This document shows positions 76,708 through 87,095 of a DNA stretch of 124,000 nucleotides, in pieces (position 1 is the first letter of the stretch; each line of letters starts with the position of its first letter). Both the position numbers and the translations under genes were made by a program. A model generated the notes under the pieces. It saw only the letters and a list, made by a program, of their open reading frames with translations. It was not told the origin of the DNA and did not search any database. Origin of the DNA: Hyalangium minutum (GTDB lineage Bacteria > Myxococcota > Myxococcia > Myxococcales > Myxococcaceae). Where the stretch lies: contig NZ_JMCB01000001.1 in assembly GCF_000737315.1 (NCBI RefSeq), positions 20,001-144,000 of the forward strand, written 5' to 3'.

Positions 76708-79700
76708 CTACAGCAGGAAGTCCTTCCAGGGGCCGGAGACCTCGACCTGCTCGCCGGCCTGGCGCGCCCAGATGCGGGGGTCATACATGGCCTCCGCCTC
76801 CACCGGCGGCAGCGTGAACTTGCCCGCCGTCACCGCGCGCACCGCGTAGACCACCTTCTTCGACTCGCCCGCCTGCAGGCTGCCGAAGACCTCCATCCGA
76901 TCGTCCCGGATGTTCACGTAGTCCGCGGTCCAGAGCTGCTCGGAGTCCACCCACTCCACGGCGCCGCCACGGCCCAGGCGGGCGTTCTCGATCTCCCAGC
77001 CGGCGGGGAGCCGATCCACCAGGGCGATGTTCTGGATGCGCTCGCTGGTGGTGTTCTTGAGCTCTACCTCCACATAGAGGAGGTCCGCGAGGTTCACGGC
77101 ATCGCCCGGGCTCACGGTGGAGCCGTCGAGCTTCTTGTACGTGCGGTTGATGGCCAGCCCATTGCCGCCCGTCTTCACGTCGCCGTTGGAGCGCACGCCA
77201 TCGCTGTTGATGATGAGGAAGAGCTTGCCCTCCCCCTTCTCCTTCAGGTCGAGCGTGACGCCCTTGCGCTCGCTGGCGCGGACCAGGGCCCACGTGCGAT
77301 CCGAGGCGCGCACCGTCTTGCCGCCCTCGTTGTTCTTCGGCGCCACCTCCTTGCCGTCCGCCACGAGCGTGGGCGGCGTGAAGCTGGAGGCCGCGCCGGA
77401 GACGCGCTTGCCCAGGCCGGTGATGCTCCAGACCAACTCCTGCGTGGTGTACCAGTAGCTGGAGTGGCCGATGAGCGACTGGGCCACCTGCTGCGCCAGC
77501 GGCTCGCCCGCGGGATCATTGCCGAACAGATCCTGGAAGGTGCTCAGCATGAGGCCCCGGCGGCGGCGATCCGAGTAGAAGGACCAGGTGTTGCGGCGCT
77601 CGTCGGTGACGGGCGACAGGTCCGGGTTCTTCAGATCCTTCTCGTAGCGCCGGTCGCCGGCCATGTAGAGCGCGGCCTTGAGGAGGTGCTCCTCCTCGCG
77701 GGCCTCGCCGTTGAGCGTCTTCTTCTGGGCCAGCTCGTCCACGAGCTTCTGGATGCGCGCCTTGCGGCCCTTGCCTGCCATGGAGAGCACGTAGTGCATG
77801 TAGGCCTCGGCGGACTGGCCGTAGTGGTCATCGCGGCCAGCGTTGCCCTCCTTGCGGTTGAGCTCCGTACCCAGCCAGGAGATCGCATCATCCAAGCGGT
77901 CCTGCGGGACGGGGTACTTGAGCTTTTGGGCGTCCAGCAGCATGTGCGTGGCGTAGGCGGTGCCCCAGGCTACGGGCTCGGCGCTGCCAGGCCAGTAGGC
78001 GAAGCCGCCCGAGGGCGTCTGCATGGAGAGCACGCGGTTGATGCCCGCCATGACCATGTCCTCCACCTTCTTGTCGCCGGTGAGCGAGGGATCCACGTTG
78101 TCAATCAGCTGCGAGACGAACAGCAGCGGCCGCGTGGAGGAGGTCGTCTGCTCGATGCAGCCGTACGGGTAGCGGACGAGGTAGCTCAGGTGCTGCATGG
78201 ACTCGGCGTAGGGATTCGTCGTCACCCAGAACGTGGAGCGCTCGGTGGTGGGCACCCAGCCCTGGAGGTACTGCGCCATGTCCACCTTGCCGGCCTCCAG
78301 CGGGATGCGCTGCACGAGGCGCTCACGCGGCCCCGCGGGCAGCAGCGGCACGTCGAGCTGCTCGAAGGCCGTGAAGCCCCCGGCCTCGGCCGTCACCTTC
78401 AGGCGGGCGGCCCCCACGGACTGGATGGCCTTGGCCTGGAAGACGAGCGTGGTGGCCTTCCCGTTCTCCAGCTTGGTGCGTCCCTCGCTCTTGCCCAGCA
78501 TCTGCAGCGGCGAGCCCATCGAGGCGGCCGGCATGGCCATGCCCGGCACCGGGAGGTTCTCGGCGGTGAGCGTCACCTTCACCTCCTGCGGACCGCCGGA
78601 GAGGTTGGTGAGGAACACGGGGATCTGGATCTCGTCGTTCTGCGTGAGGAAGCGCGGCAGCGTCGTCTGGAGCACGAGCGGATCGCGCACCAGCACCTGG
78701 GCATCCGCGCGGCCCACGCGCTGCGGGCCGGTGGTGATGGCCATGACGCGCACGGCGCCGCGGTACATGGGCAGCTGGAAGGGCACCGTCAGCTTGCCGT
78801 TGGCGGGCACGGGGAGCACGCCGCTCCACAGCGCCACCGGCTTCACCGGCTGCACGCGGCCACCCGCGCCGCTCTCGTCACCACCCGTGGAGCGCGAGTT
78901 GCCGCCCGGGGGCACCAGCAGCGTCCAGCCGATCGTCTCGTACGTCTCCACGCCCAGGGCGCGCTTGGCGAACAGCTCCTTGAGCGGGTCCGGCGTCTTG
79001 AAGCGCGTGAGCGAGAGGATGCCCTCGTCCACCACGGCCACCGTGGCGAAGGTGGGACCCTCCTGCGGGCCCAGCTCCAGGTTCACCGTGAGGGTGCTGT
79101 TGGAGCGGACCTCGGTGGGCGCGCTGAGCTTCACCGTCTGCGTGTAGTCCGTGGGCTCCAGGGGAACGCTCGCCACGCCGAAGGCGCGGTCGGGCATGAA
79201 GGCCTCGGCGGACTCCAGGTGCGGGTCCTTCACCAGGAAGGCGCTCACATAGACGTTGGGCGCGTAGGTCTTCGGCGTGAAGGCCCACGTCACCTCACCG
79301 GGCTCCACGGCCTTCCACTCGGAGGCGATGACCTGATCCGTCTCGGCGGTGAGCAGCACCCGGCCGCGGTAGGGCACCTTGAACTTCACGGCGATGGACT
79401 CGTTGAGCTTGCCCAGCTTGGGCAGCTCCAGGGCGATGGAGGCGGGCTTGAGCGGGCGCGGCGTCTGGTCCACTCGGGCCTCGCCATCGCCGTACCAGTA
79501 GTAGCGGCCGTTGCCCTCCAGGTAGAGGTCCGTCTGCGCCGCGCCGGAGCGCACGCGGACGATGAAGCCCGCCGCATCCTGCGTGGGCGTCACGTCGAGC
79601 TGGAACTTGCCGCCCTGCACCTTGGCGGTGCCACGGCCCTCGCGCACGGGGCGCAGGTAGCGCTGGTAGCGCTCATAGCCCTCGTCCTCGTCGTAGTAGT

Positions 79701-82443
79701 AGCCGTACTCTTCGTCCAGCCGGAGGTACTCCACCTCCAGCGGCTTGAGGCTCTTGGCATCAGCCACGAGCTTGCCATCCCAGTCCACCACCACGCCGGT
79801 GACGGTGAAGGGCTTGCCCGCGCTCACCTTCTGCACGCCGGCCTGGAGGCCCACGTAGTAGGCCTCGGGGTGCATGGGCACCACGGCATCCCCCAGCGTC
79901 GAGCGGCCGCTGCCTGCCTCGAAGACGCTGGCCTGCGCGACCAGCTTCGCCGGGCCCTTGAAGCCGCCCGCCGTCTCACGCGCGGGGCACTCGGCAAGCG
80001 CCTGGCCCTTGTCGTTCACCTCGGCCTTCACCTGGCCCAGCGTGACGGCCTTGGCCTCGGTGGCCTTCTGGCGCCACACGCCGTAGGTGAAGTTCGCGTT
80101 CTCCTTGGGCTTGAAGTCGGAGGGCTCCAGGCGGCAGGTGAGCTCCACCGGGCTGCCCTCGGCCGAGCCACCGAACAGGTACGCGGCCTCCACCTTCACC
80201 GGCACGGGCGAGCCCTGCAGGTAGCCGGGCTTGTCCACGCTGGCCGTCACCTTCATGCGCTCGGGGACGAACTCCTCCACCTGGAGGCCGTAGCTGGCCA
80301 CCTCGCGGTCCGCCACACGCAGCGTCACGCGGTAGCTGCCCGTGTCCTGGAAGGCCTCGAAGGGCAGATCCAGCGCCACGAGGCCCGCCTCGTTCGTCTT
80401 CAGCGCCACCTTCTTGAACTCGCGCTCGCGCGGATCCACCACGCGCAGCTCCACCGGCATGCCCGCCGGAGGCGCCTTGTTGTCCTGGCCGCGCAGAATG
80501 GCCGTCACGTGGGCGGTGTCTCCCGGGCGGTACACGCCGCGGTCCGTGTAGATGGAGGCGCGGTAGGCGGCCTCGGCGCGGTACGGCTCGCCCTGCACGT
80601 CCGAGTTGGCGATCTCCGTCTTGAGCTCGCTGTACTTCAGATAGGTCAGCTCATCGCCCTTGCGAGCGATGAGGGCGAACGGAGCCGAGGTGTCCACACC
80701 CTGCGCGGGCACCTGGAGCTTGCAGCCATCCGCGCCGCTGGTGGTGCAGCGGACCACGGCCTGGCCGCTCTTCTTCACCAGGGACACCTCGACGCCGGAC
80801 AGCGGCTCGGTGGACTCCATGCCGAGCGCCCACACGAGGACCTCGGCCTGCCCATCGGCCGAGATACCGCCGCGCTTGGCCACGAGGCTCAAGTCCGTGA
80901 GGAGGATGCGCGCGGCGGCCTGAGCCTCGTCCTGCTTGACGGAGATCTCCACCACGCCCCGGGTGCTGGAGGGCACCATGCTGCCGACGTCCAGGTACGT
81001 GGTGGTGAGCGCATCCGGAGCGCCCTTCAGGGGGATCTTCTTGGAGACGATCAGGTTGGAGGTGCGCTCGTCGGCGGCCTCCCGATCGTCGTTGCTCATC
81101 CAGAAGACGAGGTTCTCGGGGGGCACGTGGCGGACGGACAGCTCCACGGACTCCACGTTGAGGTGGTTGAGGGGCAGGTTGCGCCAGGCGCTGCGAGGCA
81201 GGTAGCGGCCCGCCGAGGTGAAGGCCACCTGCGGCTTGCGAGCGCTGATGGAGTAGCGGTTCTCGAACTTGGACAGCAGCCGGCCGCCGCCCATGGAGAG
81301 GGTACCCGCGTCGATCTTCAGCGTGTACGTGCCGCGCTTGAAGTCACCGAAGATGCGGAAGCCCTTGCGCGACGGGGAGATGGAGAACTTCACCGGCGGG
81401 TTGAAGTGGATGGCATCCGCAGCGACGTTGTCGTCCAGCACGCAGCCCAGGTTCTCGTGGTCGTAGTAGTACGGATCCCACTCGCCCTCGTCCGGCGGAG
81501 GCGGCGCGTTCATCTCCGAGTCGCGGCAGTTGACCTCCATATAGAAGCCGCTGTTGCCCTCGGTGACGGCGACGCGGGTGACGTCCAGGCGCTTGCCGCC
81601 CTGGAGCTCGAAGGTGTCCTCGGCGGCGGGCGCGGTGCCACCCCCCTTGGGCGAGGTGAGCCCCGCCTTGAGCGCGAAGCGCACCTTGGCGCCCGGCCGG
81701 AGCAGGGGGCTGGTGAGCTGCGCGACGACGATGTGGCGCTGGGTGGCGTGGGAGGTGAACTTCACGTCGCTCAGCGACTTGCCCTCCACCTGGAAGCTGG
81801 CGAACTTGCGCAGCGTGTTGGGCTCCACCGGGCCGGAGAAGAGCAGCTCCGCGGTGACCAGGCCCTTGGTGACGTCGATCTGCGCCGGGGCCATGCGGAA
81901 GAAGGAGAGGCTCGGCGTCGCAAAGCTGTGGCTCCAGGCGCCCTCGGAGGGAGCCTTCACCACGCCGGAGGGCGTCTCCACGGACTCGAGGGTGACGGTG
82001 TACGTCGTCCCGAGCGCGAAGCCGTTGGCGGGGGTGAAGGAGAGCGCGGAGCTGTTTCCGTAGAACTCCAGGTTGCCGCCCACCTCGGGGGAGAAGCGGA
82101 CCACCGTCTTCTTCCCGTCATTCTCCGGGTAGGCGACGCTGCGGGGGAACTCGAAGATGACCTTGTCCGGGACGGCGCCCTCGGGGCCGAGCTCCTTGAT
82201 GACGGGAGTGTAGGACTCGGGCTTGAGGGGCTCCGTGCTGGCCTGAGGCTGCGAGCCCGGGCTGGACGTCTGGCCGGAGCTGGAGCCGGACGCAGGGGCG
82301 CCCGGGACGGGGGTGGCCGGGGTTGGCCCAGACTTCTCTTCCTTGCAGGCGGCGAGCGCGGTGCCTACCACCAGGACCGCCACCCACCACCGCGCGCGGG
82401 CGGAGCGGAGCGGACTCGGTGTGACGCGAGACTGCGAACTCAT
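76708..82443 (-). CDS. Bacterial alpha-2-macroglobulin lipoprotein
   Basis: Lipobox LAAC; DRGVYRPG; YPYGCIEQ thioester motif; VEAMY-like end. Confidence 0.95.
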   Translation of the reverse strand: MSSQSRVTPSPLRSARARWWVAVLVVGTALAACKEEKSGPTPATPVPGAPASGSSSGQTSSPGSQPQASTEPLKPESYTPVIKELGPEGAVPDKVIFEFPRSVAYPENDGKKTVVRFSPEVGGNLEFYGNSSALSFTPANGFALGTTYTVTLESVETPSGVVKAPSEGAWSHSFATPSLSFFRMAPAQIDVTKGLVTAELLFSGPVEPNTLRKFASFQVEGKSLSDVKFTSHATQRHIVVAQLTSPLLRPGAKVRFALKAGLTSPKGGGTAPAAEDTFELQGGKRLDVTRVAVTEGNSGFYMEVNCRDSEMNAPPPPDEGEWDPYYYDHENLGCVLDDNVAADAIHFNPPVKFSISPSRKGFRIFGDFKRGTYTLKIDAGTLSMGGGRLLSKFENRYSISARKPQVAFTSAGRYLPRSAWRNLPLNHLNVESVELSVRHVPPENLVFWMSNDDREAADERTSNLIVSKKIPLKGAPDALTTTYLDVGSMVPSSTRGVVEISVKQDEAQAAARILLTDLSLVAKRGGISADGQAEVLVWALGMESTEPLSGVEVSLVKKSGQAVVRCTTSGADGCKLQVPAQGVDTSAPFALIARKGDELTYLKYSELKTEIANSDVQGEPYRAEAAYRASIYTDRGVYRPGDTAHVTAILRGQDNKAPPAGMPVELRVVDPREREFKKVALKTNEAGLVALDLPFEAFQDTGSYRVTLRVADREVASYGLQVEEFVPERMKVTASVDKPGYLQGSPVPVKVEAAYLFGGSAEGSPVELTCRLEPSDFKPKENANFTYGVWRQKATEAKAVTLGQVKAEVNDKGQALAECPARETAGGFKGPAKLVAQASVFEAGSGRSTLGDAVVPMHPEAYYVGLQAGVQKVSAGKPFTVTGVVVDWDGKLVADAKSLKPLEVEYLRLDEEYGYYYDEDEGYERYQRYLRPVREGRGTAKVQGGKFQLDVTPTQDAAGFIVRVRSGAAQTDLYLEGNGRYYWYGDGEARVDQTPRPLKPASIALELPKLGKLNESIAVKFKVPYRGRVLLTAETDQVIASEWKAVEPGEVTWAFTPKTYAPNVYVSAFLVKDPHLESAEAFMPDRAFGVASVPLEPTDYTQTVKLSAPTEVRSNSTLTVNLELGPQEGPTFATVAVVDEGILSLTRFKTPDPLKELFAKRALGVETYETIGWTLLVPPGGNSRSTGGDESGAGGRVQPVKPVALWSGVLPVPANGKLTVPFQLPMYRGAVRVMAITTGPQRVGRADAQVLVRDPLVLQTTLPRFLTQNDEIQIPVFLTNLSGGPQEVKVTLTAENLPVPGMAMPAASMGSPLQMLGKSEGRTKLENGKATTLVFQAKAIQSVGAARLKVTAEAGGFTAFEQLDVPLLPAGPRERLVQRIPLEAGKVDMAQYLQGWVPTTERSTFWVTTNPYAESMQHLSYLVRYPYGCIEQTTSSTRPLLFVSQLIDNVDPSLTGDKKVEDMVMAGINRVLSMQTPSGGFAYWPGSAEPVAWGTAYATHMLLDAQKLKYPVPQDRLDDAISWLGTELNRKEGNAGRDDHYGQSAEAYMHYVLSMAGKGRKARIQKLVDELAQKKTLNGEAREEEHLLKAALYMAGDRRYEKDLKNPDLSPVTDERRNTWSFYSDRRRRGLMLSTFQDLFGNDPAGEPLAQQVAQSLIGHSSYWYTTQELVWSITGLGKRVSGAASSFTPPTLVADGKEVAPKNNEGGKTVRASDRTWALVRASERKGVTLDLKEKGEGKLFLIINSDGVRSNGDVKTGGNGLAINRTYKKLDGSTVSPGDAVNLADLLYVEVELKNTTSERIQNIALVDRLPAGWEIENARLGRGGAVEWVDSEQLWTADYVNIRDDRMEVFGSLQAGESKKVVYAVRAVTAGKFTLPPVEAEAMYDPRIWARQAGEQVEVSGPWKDFLL

Positions 82444-82690
82444 GTTTCCTCCGAAGGACGGCATCGACTTACACGCCGCGTGCCGGAGGCCCGGCATCGG
82501 CGGCGAGGGGAAGTGTGGTCGCCTGCCCACGGCCCGACGGCGCCCCCCGCGCGTCTCGGGGCCCACACGGTGGCTCGGGAGCCACGGGGCCCCTCCGCCC
82601 ACCGTCCGGGCAGCGATCGGCGGCGGACGCTAGGCGTCACGGTGACGGCGGTCAACGGTGCCCACGGGTAGGCGCTAAGGTGCACGACCC

Positions 82691-83413
82691 ATGGTGCTCC
82701 CCATCCGCTTCGTCCTGATGCGTCCGCGCAACGCGGAGAACCTCGGTGCCGCCGCGCGGGCCTTGAAGAACTGTGGCCTGTCCGAGTGGACCTGGGTGCG
82801 GCCCGAGGCGGAGGATTTGGAGCCGGCCCGGCGGCTGGCGGTGCACGCGGAGGACGTGCTGGGCGGGGTGAAGCGGGCGGACACGCTGGAGGAGGCGGTG
82901 GCCGACTGCGTGTGGGTGGTGGGGACGAGCTCCCGGAAGGTGGAGGGCAAGCGGCGCCTGTCGCCCCGGGCTGTCGGAGAAGAGCTGGTGGCCCGGGCAG
83001 CCCAGGGGCCAGTGGCGGTGGTCTTCGGAGACGAGCGCAGCGGGCTGACGAACGCGGAGGTGGAGCGATGCCACGATCTGTCCGCGGTGCCGACGGATCC
83101 GTCGCAGCCATCCATCAACCTGGCGCAGGCGGTGCTGCTGTACGCCTACGAGGTGCGAATGGCCTCGCTGGCGGCGGCGCCTCCCCCACCCGCTCCGCTG
83201 CCCGTGGCGGCCTCGGACGCGGAGCTGGCGCGCGTGGAGCAGACCCTGGAGGAGACGCTCAAGACCGGGGGCTTCCTCGTGGATGAACAACCGGGGCGCA
83301 CGGGGCTGAGGGACCTGTTCGCCCCCCTGCGGCGCTCGCGGCTCACGCGCAACGAGGCACAGCTGTGGCTCGCGGCGCTCCACACCGTCCGAAAGCGGCT
83401 GACCTCGGGCTGA
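82691..83413 (+). CDS. trmJ: RNA methyltransferase, TrmJ/LasT family
   Basis: ENLGAAARA, VFGDERSGL and SINLAQAV motifs. Confidence 0.88.
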   Translation: MVLPIRFVLMRPRNAENLGAAARALKNCGLSEWTWVRPEAEDLEPARRLAVHAEDVLGGVKRADTLEEAVADCVWVVGTSSRKVEGKRRLSPRAVGEELVARAAQGPVAVVFGDERSGLTNAEVERCHDLSAVPTDPSQPSINLAQAVLLYAYEVRMASLAAAPPPPAPLPVAASDAELARVEQTLEETLKTGGFLVDEQPGRTGLRDLFAPLRRSRLTRNEAQLWLAALHTVRKRLTSG

Positions 83414-83428
83414 CCGGGCGGTGCTCTG

Positions 83429-83458
83429 ATTTGACAACCTGAGCCCAAGTTGTCAAAT
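83429..83458. promoter_or_regulatory. Probable TetR operator overlapping a TTGACA -35
   Basis: Perfect inverted repeat ATTTGACAAC-N10-GTTGTCAAAT directly before the TetR start. Confidence 0.75.
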
Positions 83459-84073
83459 ATGTCCGGAATGACTTCCGACGCCCCCTCTCCGCGAAAGCCC
83501 CTCGACGAGGCGCGTCAGCGCAGGCTGCTGGAGGCCGCGCTGACGGTCTTCCTGCGCTACGGGTTCCGGAAGACGTCCATGGACGAGGTGGCCCGGGCCG
83601 CTCAGGTATCGAGGCAGGGGCTGTACCTGCACTTCGCGACCAAGGAAGAGCTGTTCCGGGCCACCGTCGAGTACACGCTCGAGAACTCTCTGGCCGCCGC
83701 GACCGCCGCACTGGGAGATGCCTCGCTCCGGCTGGAGGCACGGCTGGTGCGCGCCTTCGACGAAGTCACGGGCCGGCACGTCGGGATGATGGGTGCGGGC
83801 GCATCCGACCTTCTCGAGGCCGGTGGCGAAATCATCGGCCCCATGCTTGCCCGCCATGAGGAACTGTTCCTGGAAGCGGTCGCCAAGACGCTGCGTACGT
83901 CCGGGCTGCTGGCCGCCTACAAGACCGCCGGGCTCACGGCGCGCCAGCTCGCGGACACGCTCTACGCGACGTCACGCGGGCTGAAGCACAGCAGCGCGAA
84001 CCGGGAAGCCTTCGTCGCGGGAATGACGGTCGCCGTCCGCGCCATGTGCGCACCACTCGAGGAGAGCGCATGA
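83459..84073 (+). CDS. TetR/AcrR family regulator
   Basis: YGFRKTSMDEVARAAQVSRQGLYLHF HTH. Confidence 0.93.
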   Translation: MSGMTSDAPSPRKPLDEARQRRLLEAALTVFLRYGFRKTSMDEVARAAQVSRQGLYLHFATKEELFRATVEYTLENSLAAATAALGDASLRLEARLVRAFDEVTGRHVGMMGAGASDLLEAGGEIIGPMLARHEELFLEAVAKTLRTSGLLAAYKTAGLTARQLADTLYATSRGLKHSSANREAFVAGMTVAVRAMCAPLEESA

Positions 84074-85236
84074 AGAACTTGAGGAAGCAGAGCTGGCTGC
84101 GCTGGGGTTTGGGGGGACTGGGCGCACTGTTCGCCCTGGTCGTGGTGGGCGCGCTGGTGGACGGCTGGAGGGCCTTTGGCCAGCGGGCCATAGGAGACCG
84201 GCGCGCGAGGATGGAGAAGTCGACCCAGTGGAGCAGCGGCCACTTCGTGAACCCACAGCCGATGGTCAATGATCTGTGGGGCTCGCTGGTGGGGGCGTTC
84301 AACGCCAGCAAGGATGCCAGCCCCTCACAACCGATCCCCACGGTGCGTGGTGGCGCCGAGCGCTTCGCCACGCCCCCGCCCTCGGGCCTGCGCGTGACCT
84401 GGCTTGGGCACTCGACGATCCTGGTGGAGGTGGACGGCCACCGCATCCTCACGGATCCGGTCTGGGGCGAGCGCGCGTCGCCGCTGAGCACGGTGGGGCC
84501 AAAGCGCTGGTATGCGCCGCTCCTCGCGCTCAAAGAGCTGCCCCCGGTGGACGCCGTCGTCATCTCCCACGACCACTATGACCACTTGGACGCTCCGACC
84601 CTCACCGCGATGAAGGACTGGGACACCACCTTCATCGTGCCGCTCGGGGTCGGCGCGCACCTGGAGTACTGGGGCGTGCCCGCGTCGCGCATCATCGAGC
84701 TCGACTGGTGGGAGCGCACGAAGGTGAAGGGGCTGGAGATCGTCGCCACACCTTCGCGCCATGCCTCGGGGCGCTTCGTTACCGACACCAATGCGACACT
84801 CTGGGCCAGCTATGCGCTGCTGGGCCCCACACATCGCGTGTGGTTCTCAGGGGACACGGGGCTGTTCCCCGCGATGCGGGACATTGGCGAGCGACTGGGG
84901 CCCTTCGACCTGACGATGATCGAGTCGGGAGAGTACGGGAGTGCCTGGCCCGACTGGCACCTGGGCCCCGAGCAGGCCGTCACCGCGCACCAGATGGTCC
85001 GCGGCCGAGTGATGCTGCCGGTGCACTGGGGGCTCTTCAACCTCGCGTTCCATGGGTGGACGGAGCCAGCGGAGCGCGTGCTCGTAGCGGCGAAGCGGTT
85101 GGGGGTGACGGCGGTGTTCCCCAAGCCGGGCCAGAGCTTCGAACCGGCGGCGCCGCCTCCCTTCGAGCGCTGGTGGCCGGAGCTGCCTTGGGAGACCGCG
85201 GAGCAAGCGCCCATCGTCGCGTCGCAGATGAACTGA
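84070..85236 (+). CDS. MBL-fold metallohydrolase
   Basis: TWLGHS, SHDHYDHLD, FSGDTG and HWG motifs; ATGA overlap with tetR. Confidence 0.9.
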   Translation: MKNLRKQSWLRWGLGGLGALFALVVVGALVDGWRAFGQRAIGDRRARMEKSTQWSSGHFVNPQPMVNDLWGSLVGAFNASKDASPSQPIPTVRGGAERFATPPPSGLRVTWLGHSTILVEVDGHRILTDPVWGERASPLSTVGPKRWYAPLLALKELPPVDAVVISHDHYDHLDAPTLTAMKDWDTTFIVPLGVGAHLEYWGVPASRIIELDWWERTKVKGLEIVATPSRHASGRFVTDTNATLWASYALLGPTHRVWFSGDTGLFPAMRDIGERLGPFDLTMIESGEYGSAWPDWHLGPEQAVTAHQMVRGRVMLPVHWGLFNLAFHGWTEPAERVLVAAKRLGVTAVFPKPGQSFEPAAPPPFERWWPELPWETAEQAPIVASQMN

Positions 85237-85406
85237 TCTCCTCGCAAGAAGAAGCCATCCATGACGCAGAGGCGGACACTGATGAAGGCCGGCTGGCAAC
85301 AGGCCGCCCAAGCCCTTGCCCCCCGTACAGCCAGGGGGGCAACCCCGAGTCACCGCCGCTCTGGGGACCTACCTTCTGGAAAGCGCCATCGACCAGGAGC
85401 GACTCC

Positions 85407-85622
85407 ATGAACCACATGCCTTATGAAGACACCGGGCTGAGCGCCGGCCGGGACGAGGAGCCCAAGCGGGAGGCGCCCACGCGCGAGATGCCGGGCCGCA
85501 CGCCCCACTCCGCCGAGGGCACCGACAAGGAGCGCAAGGTGCCCGCAGGAGAGCCCGGTAAGACGCCCGGCTCGGCCGAGGGAGAGGAGCCCGACGAATT
85601 CCCCAACGCCCCGCGCTACTGA
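85407..85622 (+). CDS. Small hydrophilic protein with two PGxTPxSAEG repeats
   Basis: AGGAG RBS; PGRTPHSAEG and PGKTPGSAEG. Confidence 0.55.
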   Translation: MNHMPYEDTGLSAGRDEEPKREAPTREMPGRTPHSAEGTDKERKVPAGEPGKTPGSAEGEEPDEFPNAPRY

Positions 85623-85665
85623 GATCCGCGCATCGCGCGCCGCAGCGGGTACAGTGCCGGCCTCC

Positions 85666-86478
85666 ATGGCTCGCAAGCCCCCACCTCGCCGGCACTCGGC
85701 CCCCCCTCCCAAGCATCCAAACCGCAGCCGCTGGGAGGGCAAGGCCAAGCCGGACTGGCTCTCGCGAGCGCTCGCCCGGGCAGGAGCTTTCCCCCTCGCC
85801 GAGGCCGAGGAGGCCATCCGCGCCGGACGTGTCACCCTCAACGGGCGTGTGGTGGACCAGCCACTGGCTCCAGTCCCGGAGGGAGCGGTCATCCGCGTGG
85901 ATGGAGCCGAGCTGGCCCGCGAGGTGGAGACGCGGGTGCTGGCCTTCCACAAGCCCGCGGACCTGCTCACCTCCACCGTGAGCCAGCACCGCACGGGCAC
86001 CGTGTACGAAGTGCTCCTGCCCCAGCTCCCGGATGAGCTCTCCCGCTACACGTGGCACGCCATCGGCCGGCTGGATCGAGGCACCACCGGCCTGCTGCTC
86101 TTCACCAACGACGAGAAGCTCGTGGCGCACGCCACCTCGCCAGAGACCCACCTGCCCAAGCGCTACGTGGCCACGGTGCAGGGCACGGCGGATGAATCGA
86201 AGGTCGAGCCCCTGTGCCGCGGCGTCATGCTGGAGGACGGCCCCACCCGGCCCGCGAAGGTGAAGCTGCGCGACGCCCACACCGTGGAGGTCACCGTCAC
86301 CGAGGGCCGCCACCACCAGGTGAAGCGCATGCTCGGCGCCGTGGGGTTGCCTGTGCGCGCGCTGCACCGCGAGGCCGTGGGCGGTGTGGAGCTGGACGTG
86401 GCCGAGGGCACCTTCCGCCAGCTCACCCCCGAGGAGATCTCCCTGGGCCTGCGCTACAGCGGAAGAGCGCAGGACTAG
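85666..86478 (+). CDS. Pseudouridine synthase (RsuA/RluB family)
   Basis: S4 domain; GRLDRGTTGLLLFTND; EGRHHQVKRM. Confidence 0.92.
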   Translation: MARKPPPRRHSAPPPKHPNRSRWEGKAKPDWLSRALARAGAFPLAEAEEAIRAGRVTLNGRVVDQPLAPVPEGAVIRVDGAELAREVETRVLAFHKPADLLTSTVSQHRTGTVYEVLLPQLPDELSRYTWHAIGRLDRGTTGLLLFTNDEKLVAHATSPETHLPKRYVATVQGTADESKVEPLCRGVMLEDGPTRPAKVKLRDAHTVEVTVTEGRHHQVKRMLGAVGLPVRALHREAVGGVELDVAEGTFRQLTPEEISLGLRYSGRAQD

Positions 86479-86486
86479 GAATCCCT

Positions 86487-87029
86487 CTACCAGGTGATGT
86501 CGTAGATGCAGGCGTGGGCGCCCTTCTCCCGGCAGCCCTGCTCCAGGTGCTCGACCCGCACCCACAGTGAGTCCTTGGGCCGGTAGCGCTCTCCCAGTGC
86601 CTCCAGCATGCCCTTGTCGAAGTCACACGGATAAGGGTCGTCGCAGACCATCCGTCCCCTGCGCTCTCCGGCGGGCTCATAGTGGTAGCTGCCAATGAGC
86701 CCCGCGCCTCGGTGGAACATCTGATAGCTCACGTTGATGAAGCGCAGGGCGTCATCGAGCGTGCGGACGTGGGACGGGTAGTGGAGGACGTTCTCGGAGA
86801 GCTTCCGGCCCACGGCCCTCATCGTGTTGGGGCCGATCTCCGTCTGGATCTTCCGGGTGGCATCCACGAGCCGGCTCATGGGGTACCAGGCCTCGGCTTC
86901 GATCGGGGCGAGGCCTTGCTCTGTCAGAATCTTCAGCGCCCGCTTCTGGATGAGTCCCATCGCCTGGACGATGGCTTGAAGAGCCTCTCCCTTGACCTCG
87001 ACCTGCGAAATCGAAATGCGCGCAGCCAT
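86487..87029 (-). CDS. Hypothetical protein (V4R-like)
   Basis: PYPCDFDKG...H...CR..G...C pattern. Confidence 0.6.
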   Translation of the reverse strand: MAARISISQVEVKGEALQAIVQAMGLIQKRALKILTEQGLAPIEAEAWYPMSRLVDATRKIQTEIGPNTMRAVGRKLSENVLHYPSHVRTLDDALRFINVSYQMFHRGAGLIGSYHYEPAGERRGRMVCDDPYPCDFDKGMLEALGERYRPKDSLWVRVEHLEQGCREKGAHACIYDITW

Positions 87030-87095
87030 GCATTTCCCCCTTGGAAAGAACATTTATCATAGCTTCCGGCCCCTGAGTGGAGGACAGGGACGGGC

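Noticed and set aside
73957-82671. 2904-aa plus-strand ORF
   Set aside because: Antisense shadow of pbpC and A2M, typical of high-GC DNA; no motifs.
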